Shown here: in pieces, positions 63,541-64,000 of the stretch
Layout of the letters: each line of letters begins with the position of its first letter
Numbering within the stretch: the first letter of the stretch is position 1
NCBI GenBank assembly: GCA_026936335.1
Contig: JAPMXV010000013.1
Span: 183,156-247,155, forward strand
DNA length: 64,000 nucleotides
Direction of reading: 5' to 3'
From: Mantamonas sphyraenae STR306
Taxonomy: Eukaryota > Protista > CRuMs
The notes under the pieces: generated by a model
The model's database searches: none
What the model was told of the DNA's origin: nothing
The model's input: only the letters and a program-made list of their open reading frames with translations
Position numbers and translations under genes: made by a program

Positions 63541-63814
63541 GGTGGTTGTGGTGGTACTGGAATGTATGTGGATTGTGTTGGACTGGTGGAGGGTGTGGTG
63601 GGTGTTGGTGATACTTTGGTTGAAGGCGGATGGGCAGTGCAGACTGCGCGGCGTAGCAGGACGACGGCCACTCACCAGCAACGTTTCCACTCCCACCCAT
63701 TGCCCACTGCCCCACGTCCCCACCCTTCTCAGCCACCCAGCCAGCAGACACAAGCACGACTCAGATGACGTAGACCGGACTCATCACATCCGAAGCAATG
63801 AAATCAGACTACGG

Positions 63815-64000
63815 CTAGGGCTAGGGTTAGGGTTAAGGTTAGGGTTAGGGTTAGGCTTAGGGTTAGGGTTAGAGTTAGGGTTAGGGTTAGGGTTAGGATT
63901 AGGGTTAGGGTTAGGGTTAGGGTTAGGGTTAGGGTTAGGGTTAGGGTTAGGGTTAGGGTTAGGGTTAGGGTTAGGGTTAGGGTTAGGGTTAGGGTTAGGT
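63815..64000 (+). repeat. Telomeric (TTAGGG)n array with proximal variant units (CTAGGG, TTAAGG, TTAGGC, TTAGAG, TTAGGA)
   Basis: About 31 hexamers running to the window end, with the G-rich strand oriented 5'->3' toward the end. Confidence 0.97.

Noticed and set aside
61077-63800. Subtelomeric transposon or retroelement
   Set aside because: No reverse transcriptase, integrase or transposase motifs, terminal repeats or target-site duplications were seen.

Overview
This is the terminal 64 kb of a chromosome from a GC-rich, very gene-dense unicellular eukaryote, ending in a (TTAGGG)n telomere at about 63815-64000. About 30 protein-coding genes tile the window. They carry short GT-AG introns (CTGAC/CTCAC/CTAAC branch points, mostly ACAG/GCAG acceptors), and intergenic gaps are often only 5-170 bp. 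I found no transposon, rRNA, tRNA or CRISPR. Recognisable housekeeping genes: SART1/Snu66, VIPAS39, mitochondrial cyclophilin, p24-alpha, KDSR, IMMP2L, RPS23, USP47, centrin-3, an NAD+ carrier, TADA3 and ERCC6L2. Most notable observations: (1) a single-chain NLR/apoptosome-like protein, with a CHAT caspase-like protease (intact His/Cys), a STAND NB-ARC ATPase and a Cbl/SHK-type EF-hand+SH2 sensor (55132-58101); (2) a nuclear smpB with a predicted mitochondrial presequence, implying tmRNA-based trans-translation in mitochondria (48687-49178); (3) a dynein microtubule-binding-domain-like module with no motor visible in the window; (4) unusual RGS fusion architectures; (5) a telomere-adjacent orphan gene with a duplicated unknown domain; (6) several apparent 1-nt frame breaks. 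All exon models and domain calls were made by eye from motifs and were not checked by alignment or RNA data. The organism cannot be identified from this window; a deep-branching flagellate is an inference.
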